Shown here piece after piece: positions 27,652-40,507 of a stretch of DNA of 64,000 nt (the stretch's first letter is position 1; each line of letters opens with the position of its first letter). The position numbers and the translations under genes were made by a program. Origin of the DNA: the human T2T-CHM13v2.0 reference genome, Homo sapiens; the NCBI RefSeq assembly GCF_009914755.1, contig NC_060932.1. One strand, written 5' to 3'. The notes beneath the pieces were generated by a model. That model searched no databases. It saw only the letters and a list, made by a program, of their open reading frames with translations, and was not told the origin of the DNA.

Positions 27652-27753
27652 TCTGCCGCCGCTGCCGCCGCTGCTACCACCACCACCAGCCCCGCCGCTT
27701 CCTAGCAAGCTCACTGCTGCCCAAAAGCTCCCAGCCAGGGAACTCCACCAGCC

Positions 27754-27837
27754 TATTTATCTGAGCCCCGGGAAAGCTCCGTGACGTAGCTGCCCATATA
27801 TGGACAGACAAAGCCCAGCCGAAGGGGCGCGACGTCA
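27754..27837 (-). promoter_or_regulatory. EGR3: EGR3 core promoter: TATA-like box, CRE half-site, CArG/SRE, near-consensus CRE
   Basis: ATAAATA 27760-27754; TGACGT 27782-27787; perfect CArG CCATATATGG 27794-27803; CGACGTCA 27830-27837. Typical immediate-early architecture; TSS inferred near 27730. Confidence 0.85.
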
Positions 27838-29027
27838 CAATGGAAGCTCCTCACAATGGAACATTAGAAAGCAGGAAGCGGGCCGCAGCCAACGTGCGGC
27901 GCCCGCACCGCTCGCGGCTCTTGAAAAAAAGAGAAGGGGAGAAGAAACAAGAAGAATGCGAGAAGAGAGAGGAAAGAAGGATACAGCTGCATGCAAAGCG
28001 CAAAGCGCGTAGCGTGGAGTCGAAACACCAGTAACTCATTGTGTGTGTTTATTTGAGGTTTGCGTTAGGAGAGCGCATTGGGGAGAGGTGGGCGGTGGGG
28101 TGGGGTTGTTTGCAAGTGGTCTCCAACACCCCAGCAGTTAGAAAGAGAGTTGAAAACATCTGGCGAAATCCCTTTGCAGCCCGGGAACTGCTGGGGAACC
28201 CGGAAGGCGTGCGTTGCGCCCCTGCTACCTCAGCGGCTCCAGCGTTCGGGATCCTATCCGAGATTAAGAGAAAGGGAGTGCTTCCCTTTGTGGGGGGAAG
28301 GAGGGGTGCGCGCAGGGTTGGGGGGGTGTTTCAACTTGTCAGAATTCCTTGGTCCAATATCCCAAGAACTTTTGTGCCAACTTCACTCTGATTCGCCGCC
28401 CCTGCCCCTCCCTGGGCCCCTGACCCGGCGCTGACTCTAGGCTGAGCGCAGTGGCGAGGAGATTCGGAGCACCCCAGCAGTTGCGCCAAAGACAAGAGCC
28501 CCATCCATATGGGGTCGAGGATGTGCGGTTTTCGTGGTGAAGAGGAAAGAATGAAGTTGAAGGGATAGATAAACACGTGCACTGAATCCCCAGTAAATTC
28601 CCTAACGGTTCCAAGCAGCCTCTGTGGCCACAGGATGGCAGGAGGGCCCAGCAGGCCCGGGCGCAGTCGCTGTCTACTGCTGCCTGCGAAGGGCCCGCCA
28701 GAGTTCCAGAAGGAGGACGCCGAACCCACAGTCTCTGAGCCACTGGGGGCCTCCCCTAGTCTCTGCCCTCCCCCTCGCCTTCCACAGGGCTGTCCCCATT
28801 GCTGCCTGCCGGCGCTCCGCAGTCAAGGGCGGCCTGTGTGCCGACCCGGAGCGCTTTCACCTCCCGGAGCGGCAGCAGATCCCGGGGGCGGCTGCTGTGC
28901 TCCCTGGGGCCTGCTCCCGAGGCGCGCGCAGCCGGCCCGCGGGCGAGGGGGAGGAGAGGGCGGGAGCATGGGGGTGCGACCCCAAATCACATCGGCTTGG
29001 CGGGGGAGGATTCCCTCCTCGGTGGCC

Positions 29028-29771
29028 GCGTGGGCGCGGTGAATCCCTCGTCCCCTCCTGGGGAGTCGGGGTTGGGGGAACGTGCATTTCTCGGGGGGAG
29101 TGGGAGTGTTGACAAGGAAGAAGAGAGGATCCCCGGGCCTCACGCCGTGGGAGGGCCACGCGGGCCGGGGACGTGTGGGAGGAACTCCCGAGCTGCACGT
29201 TGTGGTGGAGGTGGATGACAACCTCGCTCCCCTCCCCTCCCCTCCACTCAGTGGAGGGCTGGGGACCGGAGGGCCCGGCCTCCCCCCATCTTCTCCAGTT
29301 CTTAGGAAAGGAGGGATTCCCGCCTCCCGCGAGCCCCCTCTCTCCACCCCCGCCGCCTCTCCCGCCAGGCTCCCCACTCCTATACTAGGGAGCCACAGCG
29401 CCCCCCGGGCTGTCCTCCGCCAGCGCGCCTCAGGGAGGGAGAGCGCTGCAGCGGTCCCGCGCTCCGGTCAGAATCAGGGCAGGCTGCGCCTCCCGCCCCC
29501 GGCTCCCTCCCTTAGGGGGGGCGCGCGGCCGGTCGGGGGGCGTGGGCGGCGGTGTGAGCCGGGCTAGGTGCGGGAGGGGCCCGGGCGGCTGCGGGGAGGG
29601 TCGCAGGGCGGCGGGCCAAGCCGGGAAGAGCCATACAAGGAGCGGATCCGGTGACGCGCCGGCCGCGCCCCTTCTCCTTCTCGATTTGGCTGCAGATTCC
29701 GGTCCCAAGATTTGCATATTTTGGCATCCAGTGGAAAAGGAAAGAAGAACGGAACCCGCAGCCTTTAAAGG
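29028..29771. promoter_or_regulatory. Distal EGR3 regulatory cluster (EGR sites, CArG boxes, octamer)
   Basis: GCGTGGGCG at 29028-29036 and 29540-29548; CCATACAAGG 29631-29640; ATTTGCAT 29710-29717; CCTTTAAAGG 29762-29771. Confidence 0.6.
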
Positions 29772-30564
29772 AACCGCACAGGCTGTAGCGTCACCCAGGG
29801 AGGCGGTGGGGGTGGGGGTGGGGGCCTGAAAAATTAGCCAGCGGCTCTGGCCTCTGGCCGTAGAGCCCGGCAGCAGGGAGGGCCAGGGAGGGGCGGCAAC
29901 CAGCGAGCTTCGGGCGCGCCAGTCCCAGACCTGGCCCCTCCAGAGTGCTTCCTGCTGCGCGTGCACCCGGAGGCTGCGGAGGGTCTCCACGGGTTCCTGC
30001 CTGGGGCCGGGAGACGCTGTGGGGTCCGCGGTCCTGGGCGAGCTGCAGGCCCGAAGGCTGCAGTGCCCATGTCTCCCCGCGCGAGGCAGAGCTCAGCCTG
30101 CGGGGGTGGTGGGAAGGAAGTGAGAGGCCTCCGGGCCGCCCAGCTCAACTCCGGAGGACCCCACCGTGATGCACCCACTTTCCACCTGTCAGGATCTCTC
30201 CCCAGGAGGGGCTGCAGAGTGAGGAGCTAGAAGCCCTTATCCTGTTCGACTGGGGCCTGAGTTGGGAAAGGCAGAGGCAGTGGAAGCATTTGGGATCCTT
30301 AAGCTTCCAGGGCCCCAGAGGCTGTGGAGTGCAGCCACTCCCAACTGGAGGAGACGGCCCCTCTCCCAACACTTTTCGGCACGCTGGACTTGTTGCTTCC
30401 AAGTAGAAGAGCATGGGGCAAGGTTTGCTGACCTGCACCAGGGCTTGCTTACCCGTCAGCAAGATTGGATAGGAGTCTGGGGACACGATTCCTTCCCTCT
30501 CCTTTCTACTAGTTCTTTGCATAAAACGGGAGCCTTCAATTCAATTAAAGTCTTCATTAAAGCT

Positions 30565-30730
30565 TCACTGTGACCTTGGGCAAACGTCTGTTTTTTTTTT
30601 CTTAGCCTCAGTTTCCTTGTCTGTAAATTGGGATAATAGTATCTACCCCTTAGGAATAATTAAATTAGATAATCCTCATAGAGTACTTGCCAGTCCCTTA
30701 AGCAAGCACCCGATAAACTGCAATTGTTGT
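30565..30730. mobile_element. MIR fragment
   Basis: 'ctgtgaccttgggcaa...gcctcagtttccttgtctgtaaattggggataatagta'. Confidence 0.65.
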
Positions 30731-32589
30731 TAAACTATTCTTCCCCACCCAGCCTTGTGACAGATATGCCCTTCCCTCTCGTGTGTGGCAGGAGTAAATT
30801 TAGATGATATAGGTAGTAAAAAAGGCCAGGTATGGAACTCCATCACAGACCAGCGTGATCATATGCAAGAAGTATTAATAATGTTGATTATTTAGGGGGG
30901 GAAACGAAATCTGTGTGCCTAGTATCTCCTGGGCACTGTCCCAATCCAGGGATGGTTAAGGAATGGTCCCCGGTCTGAAGGAGCCCAGACATGAACTGAG
31001 CTGAGCCCTCAACAGCTGGTGGTGACACAAGGCAGGGTTCAAAGAAGTCACTCAGTTGCTCTCTAACACTCTGGAGCAGCCTTTCAGACATCTTTTGGGG
31101 GTGGTGTGGCTCCTGGAATGGGAGGGAGCCTTCTTTCCTCTGCTGGAAGGAACCATGCTGGCGAATGCCTGCCCTACAAGGTTAGGCCCTCAGTGCCCAG
31201 TGCCTGTTCAGGTTGCAGCCTGCAAAGATGTCCCCTGTCATCCTCGATGATGGTGGCAGATGGAGTCCAGGGTTCTGTGGCAGGAGGGGACAACCCTGGG
31301 TGTGGAGCAGGAGTGGGGTGTTGGAGTGGCTGCTTTGTAAATGAATTCTCCCTTCCGGTTGCCAAGCCTTAGAATAGAAAAAAGTTTTCCTCCTTCCCTT
31401 CCTCCCTCCTGGTTTCCTCCCTCCTGGTTTCCTCTCTCCCTCCTGAACAGGAGCTGAAGGTGTTTGTCTGTTTTATTGGCGGGCTCAGGTGAGATTGCCA
31501 AGGGCCTAATTACCTGAACTCTAAGCCCTGAACTTGCTGGGGAGCGAGTAGGCACTGATTCAGGGCGTCCTCATCCTGGAGATGGTGAAAGGCAGGCCGG
31601 CTCCTCTGCAGCAGAGCCAGGGCTGCCAGCCCCTGGCCGCTCTCTCCTATGGAGTCCAACTCATCAGCTGCACTTATGGGGACTGCTGCTGCTTGTTATG
31701 GGCATGGGCATGTTTGTCTTGATTAAGGACAAAGGAGGAAGGAGATGTGGCCACTGAAATCCACTGTAGAAAAATGCAAAGTTACAGCTGTCTTGGTCCT
31801 TTTTTCTATAGTCACCTCTGCCCTCTGAACTTTAGCTGCCCCGTTTGCTAAAGATATCTAGTCCTTCTCTGATATCTTATAATAAAGAACTCCCCATACC
31901 CTGAATTAATTCAGTCTGCGGTGTGAGCAATCTAACTAATGCATTGCCCTTCTCAGAGGGTGTTTGCATTTTAAAAGAAAACGCTTAGGGGTGGTAATAT
32001 ATAACCCAGAGGAATCAAGCCCAATACTCAGCGTGGTGCCTGGAAAGTGGTAGGTGCTCATGAATGCTGGTGAGATGACATCTGGTTGTGGCATATCAGA
32101 GTCAAGGAGTGGGAGACTTGGGGTGCAGAGAGTATCTCGGTTCCTCCAATCACACCAAGCACCTGTGTACGGAACCCACCCTGGTGGGACTGCTCCTGAA
32201 TGGCAGTTCTCTTGAGGGTCCTCAGTTGCTTTCCATTTTGGGGTGTGCCACAGGGCTTCATAGGCGATGGACAAGTCACAGTGGAATCCTCCTGGCCAGT
32301 CCTGCCTAGCGTTCTAGAGGTCATTGTCATTTCTTGGATAATGACAGCCAGCTCAGAGGCTAGGCTGGTTTTGCCTAGAAGTTTTAGGAAGGGAATGCTG
32401 TTGGCAGCCCCACAGATTCCCACATGCTTCATGAAGACCTTGAAGCTGGTGCTCCTGGTGGAGTCGGAGCTGAGCCCAGTCCCGGGAGCTGCAGGAGCTT
32501 CCGGGCTCTAGCCATGGAAGATGGGGGCAACTGATATCTGATGCCTGCCTTGGCCAGGCCTTGTGGACACATTTCATTTTCTTCAGTTT

Positions 32590-32909
<320 letters not shown>

Positions 32910-33557
32910 TAATTTTCTTCATTCTTTACAACAATCCTGTGAGAGGAAGGCTTTAGGGCTGCCCTTTCAAGTCTTAAGAGTCCAAGTAGCTTACTGGAGG
33001 CTACCTGGCTGGTCTGACAGTTGAATTCGTCCTGTGTGACTTTAAAACGAATGCTCTTAACTCCATCCTTTGTCCCCATTGTGGCTGTCAAGGGAAAGAA
33101 AAGGGGTGGTGGATGTGGGTAAGAGGAGGAACCAGGATGAAGTCTGTGGAGAAATCAACGTGTGGGAGAAAGGCAAGCTTGAGAGGGGCACCCCAGCACG
33201 CCCTTGGACCCAGCATGGAGGCATGGGAGAAGCCATCGCCCAGAGGAGAATAAGGGTACTCACCATTCCCACGGGAATCAGGGAGGAACTGTTTCTGCCA
33301 GGGCCTCTCAGTAGGTGCAATGGCCACTGTGCCACTCTGCACCTGGCTATCCCTTTCCTAGGCTGTCTCGGAGGCCACCGGATCCTCTCCAAGCCAATTA
33401 CATACGTCTCTTCTAAACACCTGTTTGTGCCTAAATTCAAACTAATGCATTATAATGATGTTGAAATAAGAGTATTTTTGATTACACTTTAAGTAATTTC
33501 AGGTAAAGTCCGGTGACCAAAGAGAAAAAGTCCTATTATATAGTAACATTTACTGGA

Positions 33558-33837
33558 GGGATGAGGTGGCTCATGCCTGTAATCCCAGCACTTTGGGAGG
33601 CCAAGGTGGGAGGATCACTTGAGGTCAGGAGTTTGCGACCAGCCTGGCCAAAGTGGTGAAACCCCATCTCTACTAAAAATACAAAAATTAGCTGGGCATG
33701 GTGGCACACTACTGTAGTTACAGCTACTTGGGAGGCTGAGGCAGGAGAATCACTTAAATCTGGGAGGCAGAGGCTGCAATGAGTCAAGATTGTGCCATTG
33801 TACTACACCCTGGGCAACAAAGCGAGACCTTGTCTAG
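33558..33837 (+). mobile_element. Alu (AluS-like), plus strand
   Basis: gtggctcatgcctgtaatcccagcactttgggagg...ctgggcaacaaagcgagaccttgtct. Confidence 0.92.
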
Positions 33838-33840
33838 GAA

Positions 33841-33912
<72 letters not shown>

Positions 33913-34042
33913 AGGAAGGAAGGAAGGAAGGAAGGAAGGAAGGAAGGAAGGAAGAAAGGAAAGAAAGAGAAAGAAAGAAAGAAAGAAGAAAGGAAGGAAG
34001 GAAGGAAAGAAAGAAAGAAAGAAGGAAAGAAAGAAAGAAAAA
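33838..34042. repeat. (GAAA)n/(GGAA)n polypurine microsatellite derived from the Alu tail
   Basis: About 200 nt of pure A/G. Confidence 0.95.
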
Positions 34043-34048
34043 GTAACA

Positions 34049-34688
34049 TTTTTTTTTCCTGTTTTTTTTTTTTTTTTAGATGAAGTCTCGCTCTTGTCCT
34101 CCAGGCTGGAGTGTGATGGTGCAATCTCAGCTCACTGCAACCTTTCACCTTCTGGGTTCAAGTGATTCTCCTGTCTCAGCCTCCCAAGTACCTGGGATTA
34201 CAGGTGCCCACCACCACACCCAGGGCTTTTTTTTTTTTTTTTTTTGAGACAGAGTCTCGCTCTGTCACCCAGGCTGGAGTGCAGTGGTGTGACCTTGGCT
34301 CACTGCAAACTCCGCCTCCCGGGTTCAAGCAATTCTCTGCCTCCCGGGTTCAAGCAATTCTCCTGCCTCAGCCTCCTGAGTAGCTGGGACTACAGGTGTG
34401 CGCCAACATGCCCGACTAATTTTTGTATTTTTAGTAGAGACAGGGTGTCACCATATTGGCCAGGCTGGTCTCGAGCTCCTCATCTCATGATCCGCCAACC
34501 TTGGCTTCCCAAAGTGCTGGGATTACAGGTGTGAGCCACCGCGCCTTGCCATTTTTTTTTGTACTTTTAGTAGAGATGAGGTTTCACCATGTTGGCCAGG
34601 CTGGTCTCAAACTCCTGACTTCAGGTGATCCGCCTCCCTTGGGTTCCCAAAGTGTTGGGATTACAGGCATGAGCCACCGTGCCTGGCC
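34049..34688 (-). mobile_element. Nested Alus: host Alu (34049-34225 + 34551-34688) split by a full Alu (34227-34550)
   Basis: Right arm, then a complete Alu, then linker and left arm; flanked by agaaaaagta(a/c)cattt TSD-like repeats. Confidence 0.88.
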
Positions 34689-37639
34689 AGAAAAAGTACC
34701 ATTTACTTTTCTGAAAAATCCACATTTACAAAGTGGATTGTCCTGGAGACTTCTTCTAAGATACAAGTCCAAGACAGCGAGTCACTGCCATGGGTAGTCC
34801 TGAGGATGAGAGTTTGGGGCTGGCTGGGCTGGGGCAGGGAGAGAAGGAAGATCTTAGAAGGTGAGACTTGTGCAAAGTGTGGTGTGTGGGTAAATGTTAG
34901 GTGTTAGCCCTGGCCTGGGAATCAGGAGTTCTGGGTTCTGCTATGAATTATCTATGATTTTAGGCCAAGGCCTTCTTATTCCTGGCCTTTAGGAAGGGGT
35001 TGGACTGGGATAAACTACCTCTAAGTTCCTCCCAGCTCTGTTCATGAGTTTCTGGTTCTATTGCAGAAGGGTTGAGAGGAGACGTCTGTTAGAGTTCCTA
35101 ATGAAATTTAGGGGCTCTGTAGGGCTTGGGCTGGGGTCTTCAGGGAGAAGGAGGAGGGATGAGAGCTTGTAGTGGGAACTTCGCTGTCTTAGCTCAGGGG
35201 TTCAGGGAGGGTAAGTGGGGTCATGTGCTCCGAAGGTCCTGTCATTCCCCCTGGGGGCCCCGAGGAGAGCCCCTTCTCAGTCAGCAGGGACGGGCGTCTT
35301 TGCAGAAAGGACTCTCTGGGGATGGGGCTTTTTGGAAAGAGGAACTTCGTGATTTGAAATGAACCAGAAAAGGTGTGAGTGTGGGGGGACGGTGCAGGAC
35401 GCAGTCAGGGGAAGCAAAGAGGGAGTGAGAGAGAAGAACGAGTATTAGAGACGAAAGAGATGAGAGCACGTTCTTACCTCCATTGCTTGCCACACAGCTG
35501 GCTTCTTGCTGGATAAAGGCTTTGCCCATGGGACAGACGCTGATCCAAAGGCTGGCAGATTCCTCTTCTCCCTGCCCTGTGAGAAACAGCTTCGGGAAAC
35601 CAGAGAGAGTTGCAAACCCTAGATCAATGTCTCTTATCAGCTCTCAGCTTCAGGAGCCTACTCAGCCTAAAACAATCAGGTGCTGGCCTCATCCACCCAG
35701 GTGAGGAACTGGATGGAGCCCGACTTCTGGTTTCTTCTTTGCTGTTCTGTGCAGTCAAAACTCTGGGATCCAGGGAACAGCAGTTAATGACTCTTTGGGG
35801 CCCAGAATTGGAGCTCCTTGGTGGCATTTGCATCCTCTTTCACCAGATGACTTAGGCAGCGCTTCCTGACCTTTGTCATGCTGTAGTTCTCATAGAAAAT
35901 GAAACTTTTTACAGCCACTGCAGTAAAGAACCAAGGCTGCCTCTGGCCCCTGAGGCCAATATTGGCCCAACTGGAATCCACTAGAGGGCTGCACGTTGGC
36001 TAGGAAGCTCTGACTGATGGCATGGGCTTCCCTGCCAGGGCTCATGGTGCATAGGCGAAGGAAGAGGGGCGTGATCTCTCTCAGACGCTGAGAATTATTT
36101 GGGTTGCTCATAATTACTTGGCCTAGGGTCACCCAGAAAGTTACTGAAGACAAGAGATGGTATCCAAGATCCCTAGCGGCAGGGACTGAATCTCACTCAT
36201 CTTTGTCTCCGCAGTGCCTAGCACTGTGCCCGGCCCCAAGCAGTACTCAGTAAGAACTTGTGGACCCAATTCAAGTGTCCTAGTTGGTGATTCTGATGGA
36301 TGATTGATTGGAGTAGGAGTCTAATCCACTTTGTCCTTCCCACCTGGTCCTTTTACTTCTATCCCCATGACCCCCGACTCTCCTAACCCTCACAGCACAG
36401 GATGGGGGGCCTCTTGACCACCAGAATTCCATTTTGCGGTGGGCGCAGCGTTCCCGGTCTAGGCCTTAGCTCTCTCATTTCAATGAGGGCAACATCTACG
36501 GAGAACTCCCGTGCATTCTTGGTGGAAGGAAACAAACTTGAGACTTGGATTCTGCTGTCAGGCAGCAGACAGTTTAATGAGAAGTGTGGAATGAGGCTCA
36601 GTGGAAATATCACATATAAGACATGATGCACGTCCAGAGGAGGTACAAGCAGGAAGTTCCAGTTGGTAAGGACCACCGCAGGCTTGGAAGAGAGAGATGT
36701 TCAGGGCGAGGGGAAGGCCCTATAGAAGAGGGGGCGTGTGACCAAGACCTTGAGGAGGGGCTGAGGCCATTAGAAGGGGAGAGGAGAGGAAGGGTGGGGG
36801 GTGTTCCATGTAAGGTGCTGTGATCATTTCCCCTCCTCTTTATGTTAACTTTGTTGTTTTCATCTCTGAAACTAGAACCCGTTAGCACTGTCCACCCGGG
36901 ACTGTGGTGCCTGGCCTAGGCCTAGGCCTGCCCATCGTTTGTTGTCTGAACAAGGAACCCTGGAGGGAGAGGTGGAAGGCAGAAGGAAGCCCTGGACATA
37001 CACTGGATCCCACATAGACATTTGGGCACCTACCAGAAGGTGAGCTCCAGGAAGGCTTGGGTCTGTGACCTTCACTGCCCTGCCTCAGCATCTAGCCCCT
37101 GGCTCTGGGGGAGCTCAACAATACTTGTTGAAGACTGAATGTGGCAGACACTCTTTCAGGACCCGAGAGTACTGGCAGGAACAGGAAAGGGGCTAACTCC
37201 AGGTATGAAATCCAGGAGAAAGGAGGAGCCTGCGGGAGTCCAAGGAAGGGGTGTCAGGGGGCAACATGGCTCCAAGGCAGGGGGCAGGGGGCAGATTAAT
37301 CAGACCTAAACTCCAGTGGTAACAGCTCCGTTAATTGAGTGGTAATGATCCTTGGTACTTCTCATCTTCAAAGCCAGGAACAAACTGTAATGAATACTCT
37401 TGCCACCCGGGGGCAGGGTGCGGAGGGTGGTGGGGAGAATCTTATGCTACTGGTACTCAGTTGGGGAAACTGAGGCACTGGCAGAAAAATGGTCCTTAGG
37501 AGAGCGAATGTGAAGCCCAGCAGAGCTTGGAATCTTCAGGGGTGTCTTGAACACACCAGAGAGTGGCCCCTTCAAAATCCAGGCCCCTGGGGAGCCCAGG
37601 CCATGAGTAGGGAGGAAGGTAGTGCTGGAACCCCTTGCA

Positions 37640-38150
37640 GGCCTGACTAAAAGTTGCAGTGGAGAAGTCGGGTCTGCAGGAGGCTTGGCTGGTGTGCGCC
37701 GGGTTTCCCAGGGTGGGTCGGGGTGCCCGGGGCGTAGACCCTGCGGCCCTGCAGCACGCAGCCACGCTCTCCGCGTTCCAGGGGCGGCGCGGGAGTGGCG
37801 CGCGGCTGGGAGGGCACCCGGGCGTCCTTCGCGCCCAGCGCTGCATACTCACTGTGACTCACCGGCTGCTCCGAGATGCCTCCCGGTTTTCTCATCGCAG
37901 TCTGGCTGCTCTGAGCCCCGAGGGCGTTTTTCATTAGGGTGATTACCCTGCCGTCATTAAAAGCCGGTAAATAGCACCCAGGGACGAGGCCGCGCGGCCG
38001 CGTCTGAACCGCAGCCCGGGTTCACAGGCGCCCCCCGCCGCCCGGGCCGCGGGCGGCGCCGCTCGGCCTCCTCAGAGACTGGTTCGAATCCCTGGTGTCC
38101 GGGTGCCAGGGGGAGGCACCCCCCGCCTCACCTGGCACCACGCGGTGCCA
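37640..38150. promoter_or_regulatory. Orphan CpG island ~10 kb upstream of EGR3
   Basis: CpG-dense with no associated coding exon recognised. Confidence 0.7.
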
Positions 38151-40507
38151 GGTAGGGTTTGGGGCCTTCACAGAGTCAAACCCCAAGCATCCGTCAGTCT
38201 CCGCACACGGAAAAGTCTTCCCGGTGTACCCTCTTCCAGGTGTTACCGTAAATACCTCTCCTAGGTTGCCGGAAATCGTCCCCAGTTACCTTTCGACATT
38301 TAGTTGTGTATCCTTTGATAAATGTCTGTCTCACCCTTCTCCCCCAAAAGTTTTTTCCGCAAGGGCCAGAGCTCTGATTTTGTATTGTGTTCCTATCATA
38401 CCCCCCAACTCTCCCTTCTGGAGGCCCACTGCACCCCGACATGACACCAGAGGCTGGGGTAGAGCCGCCGAAGCAGTTTGAATTTACAAGTGACGTGAGA
38501 CAAGAGAACTATCTGATGACCTCTCTTTCTCCCATTTTCCCCCAACATTTGAGAATTGTTTATTGTGCACCTACTGTGTGGTAAGCCATTGGGGATATGG
38601 CACTTATGAAAGCCAAGTCCAAGTCTTTCCGGGGGGGAAGTCCAGGTCTAATGAGTGTTCAGGGTGGACACAGACAAACACACATATGTGAGGTGCCGGT
38701 AAGTCGTGTGAAGATAAATAAATTGGGATAAGGGCAGAGAAGGTGATGGGGAGTACAAGTTGAGATCCTGTAATTCTTCCGCAATCCTTGCATTTTGGAG
38801 CTAGCATTGGTAGTCATTAAAGGACCGAGTCTGAATAAGTAGGTCTGTGTTTTGGTCCAGCTATGGCCTCACGTACTGGGTGCCCTTTGAAAAATTCTAT
38901 GTAAACAGAATTTTTGTTAAAAAAAAAAAAAAGCGTCAAAGTTCACAAGGGAAAGTCTGGTCTCTGAAGGCAAAGTCACCTGCGACATGTCCCTTTCCCC
39001 CGGCATCAGCCCCTCTTCCCCTGGGTGGGCTTTGCCGCCCTGCCACCAGGTGGCCTGAGATGAAATTCTGACAGTGAGTGAGGACAGGGTTGTTTTCATA
39101 AGCCAGCCGTGGGGAGAGATGGCAGCGGAAGAAGGGTGACTGCCGTCGCGCTGTGGGTCCCCCAGCCCCAAATCTCAGAGCCGCACTCCCCTCTCACACA
39201 AACACTCTCTCCAAGCGGTAGGAAAGGTGCTTCTAGACCCCAAACGAAAGAAAAAGTATGCCGCAATGGAAACTCGAACTAATCTTCCCCTCTTGCCCCA
39301 CTTCCCTCCCGCGGTCACACTTCCGGCGGCCACCACAGGGTATTTTGGGTTTGAAAACAAAGCGTCAGATCTATTTGAGCAACTTTTGTTCCATTGGAGT
39401 AGAAGCCCAGGGGCCTGTGGCCGCTCTGGGCTCGGCCACTTCCCCAGGGAACTGACGCGTTTCCCCTTCTCTGCCAAGGTCCAATTTAGCAACTCAGACT
39501 CGCCACTTTTAGCTTCTCCTTTCCCTGGCCTGGCAGCAGGCAAGGGGCCAGAGGTAGGGCTGCTGGGGGGAAGGGCATGTGTCTGGGTGCCTTCCTGGTG
39601 GACTTCAGGGAAGGCCTAGTTCCCTTCTTCTGCCAGAACCTCCCCTTTACCCCCCAAAACTCCTCCCAGTCCCCCCTCCTCCATGAAACCTCCACTGCCG
39701 CTGTCAAAAATCCACTCGCTGCATCAGAAGATGTAAAGTGAGAGTTGTGGTTAGGCCTTGCCTGGTCCTCAGTCTAATCCACACGGAGGTGTGTCTCTGT
39801 ATCAGTGGTGGGCTGGGGTGTGTACAGGTTGTGAACAAGGCAGGAGTGCATATATGGAGATCCCATGTGCATGCAAATTCCATGTCCGCATTTGTGGATG
39901 CTGAGCAATGCACGTGTACACAGCTTGCATGGATGTCTAGAAAGAGCTTGGCAGAGTCGATATCCTGGAGTGTCTAGCGGGTACATCCACCATGTGATTT
40001 TGTGTGGGCTGTTGTATTTACAGTAAGCATGTGCAAGTTGCATAGACTAGAGGTGTGTGTCAATGTGTGTACACACACTTGTCTACGTGTGGACAGGCGG
40101 GGCTTGCCTCTCAGGGGGTGGCGAAGGAAGACAGCTGGGCTCTGGACAATGGTGACTAGGGCCCATGTGGGCAAATACTGGGCTGTAGGTGCCATCAGCA
40201 GATCAGGGCTTGAGGGCAGGTTAGTGAACTGCAGGTATGAGCCTGGGGCCAGCAACTGTTTTGTCCTTTATTTTAGGCCTCTCTCCTCAAGCTCCCTTCT
40301 CCCTCAATAGGCTGCTACATCCACTCCCGTCCCCTCCCAGCTTGGAATGGTCCCTCCTCCCTTGTTAGCCAGCCTTCCTATCCCTCTCTTCTTACCTCTT
40401 GCACAGGTGTCACCATCAACACAACTCTTGGCCACCTCTGGGTCTGTCCATCTTCTCTCCCACCACACTGGAAGAGCAGAAGAGCTTCCAGAAGGCAGAG
40501 ACCTAGG

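Noticed and set aside
33779-34165. Lys/Glu/Arg-rich ORFs and Alu-derived ORFs (also 40347, 46222, 63096)
   Set aside because: Translations of microsatellite and Alu sequence.
38050-38110. Possible tRNA gene around GGTTCGAATCC
   Set aside because: The T-stem does not pair beyond two bases, and there is no acceptor, D or anticodon arm or poly-T terminator.
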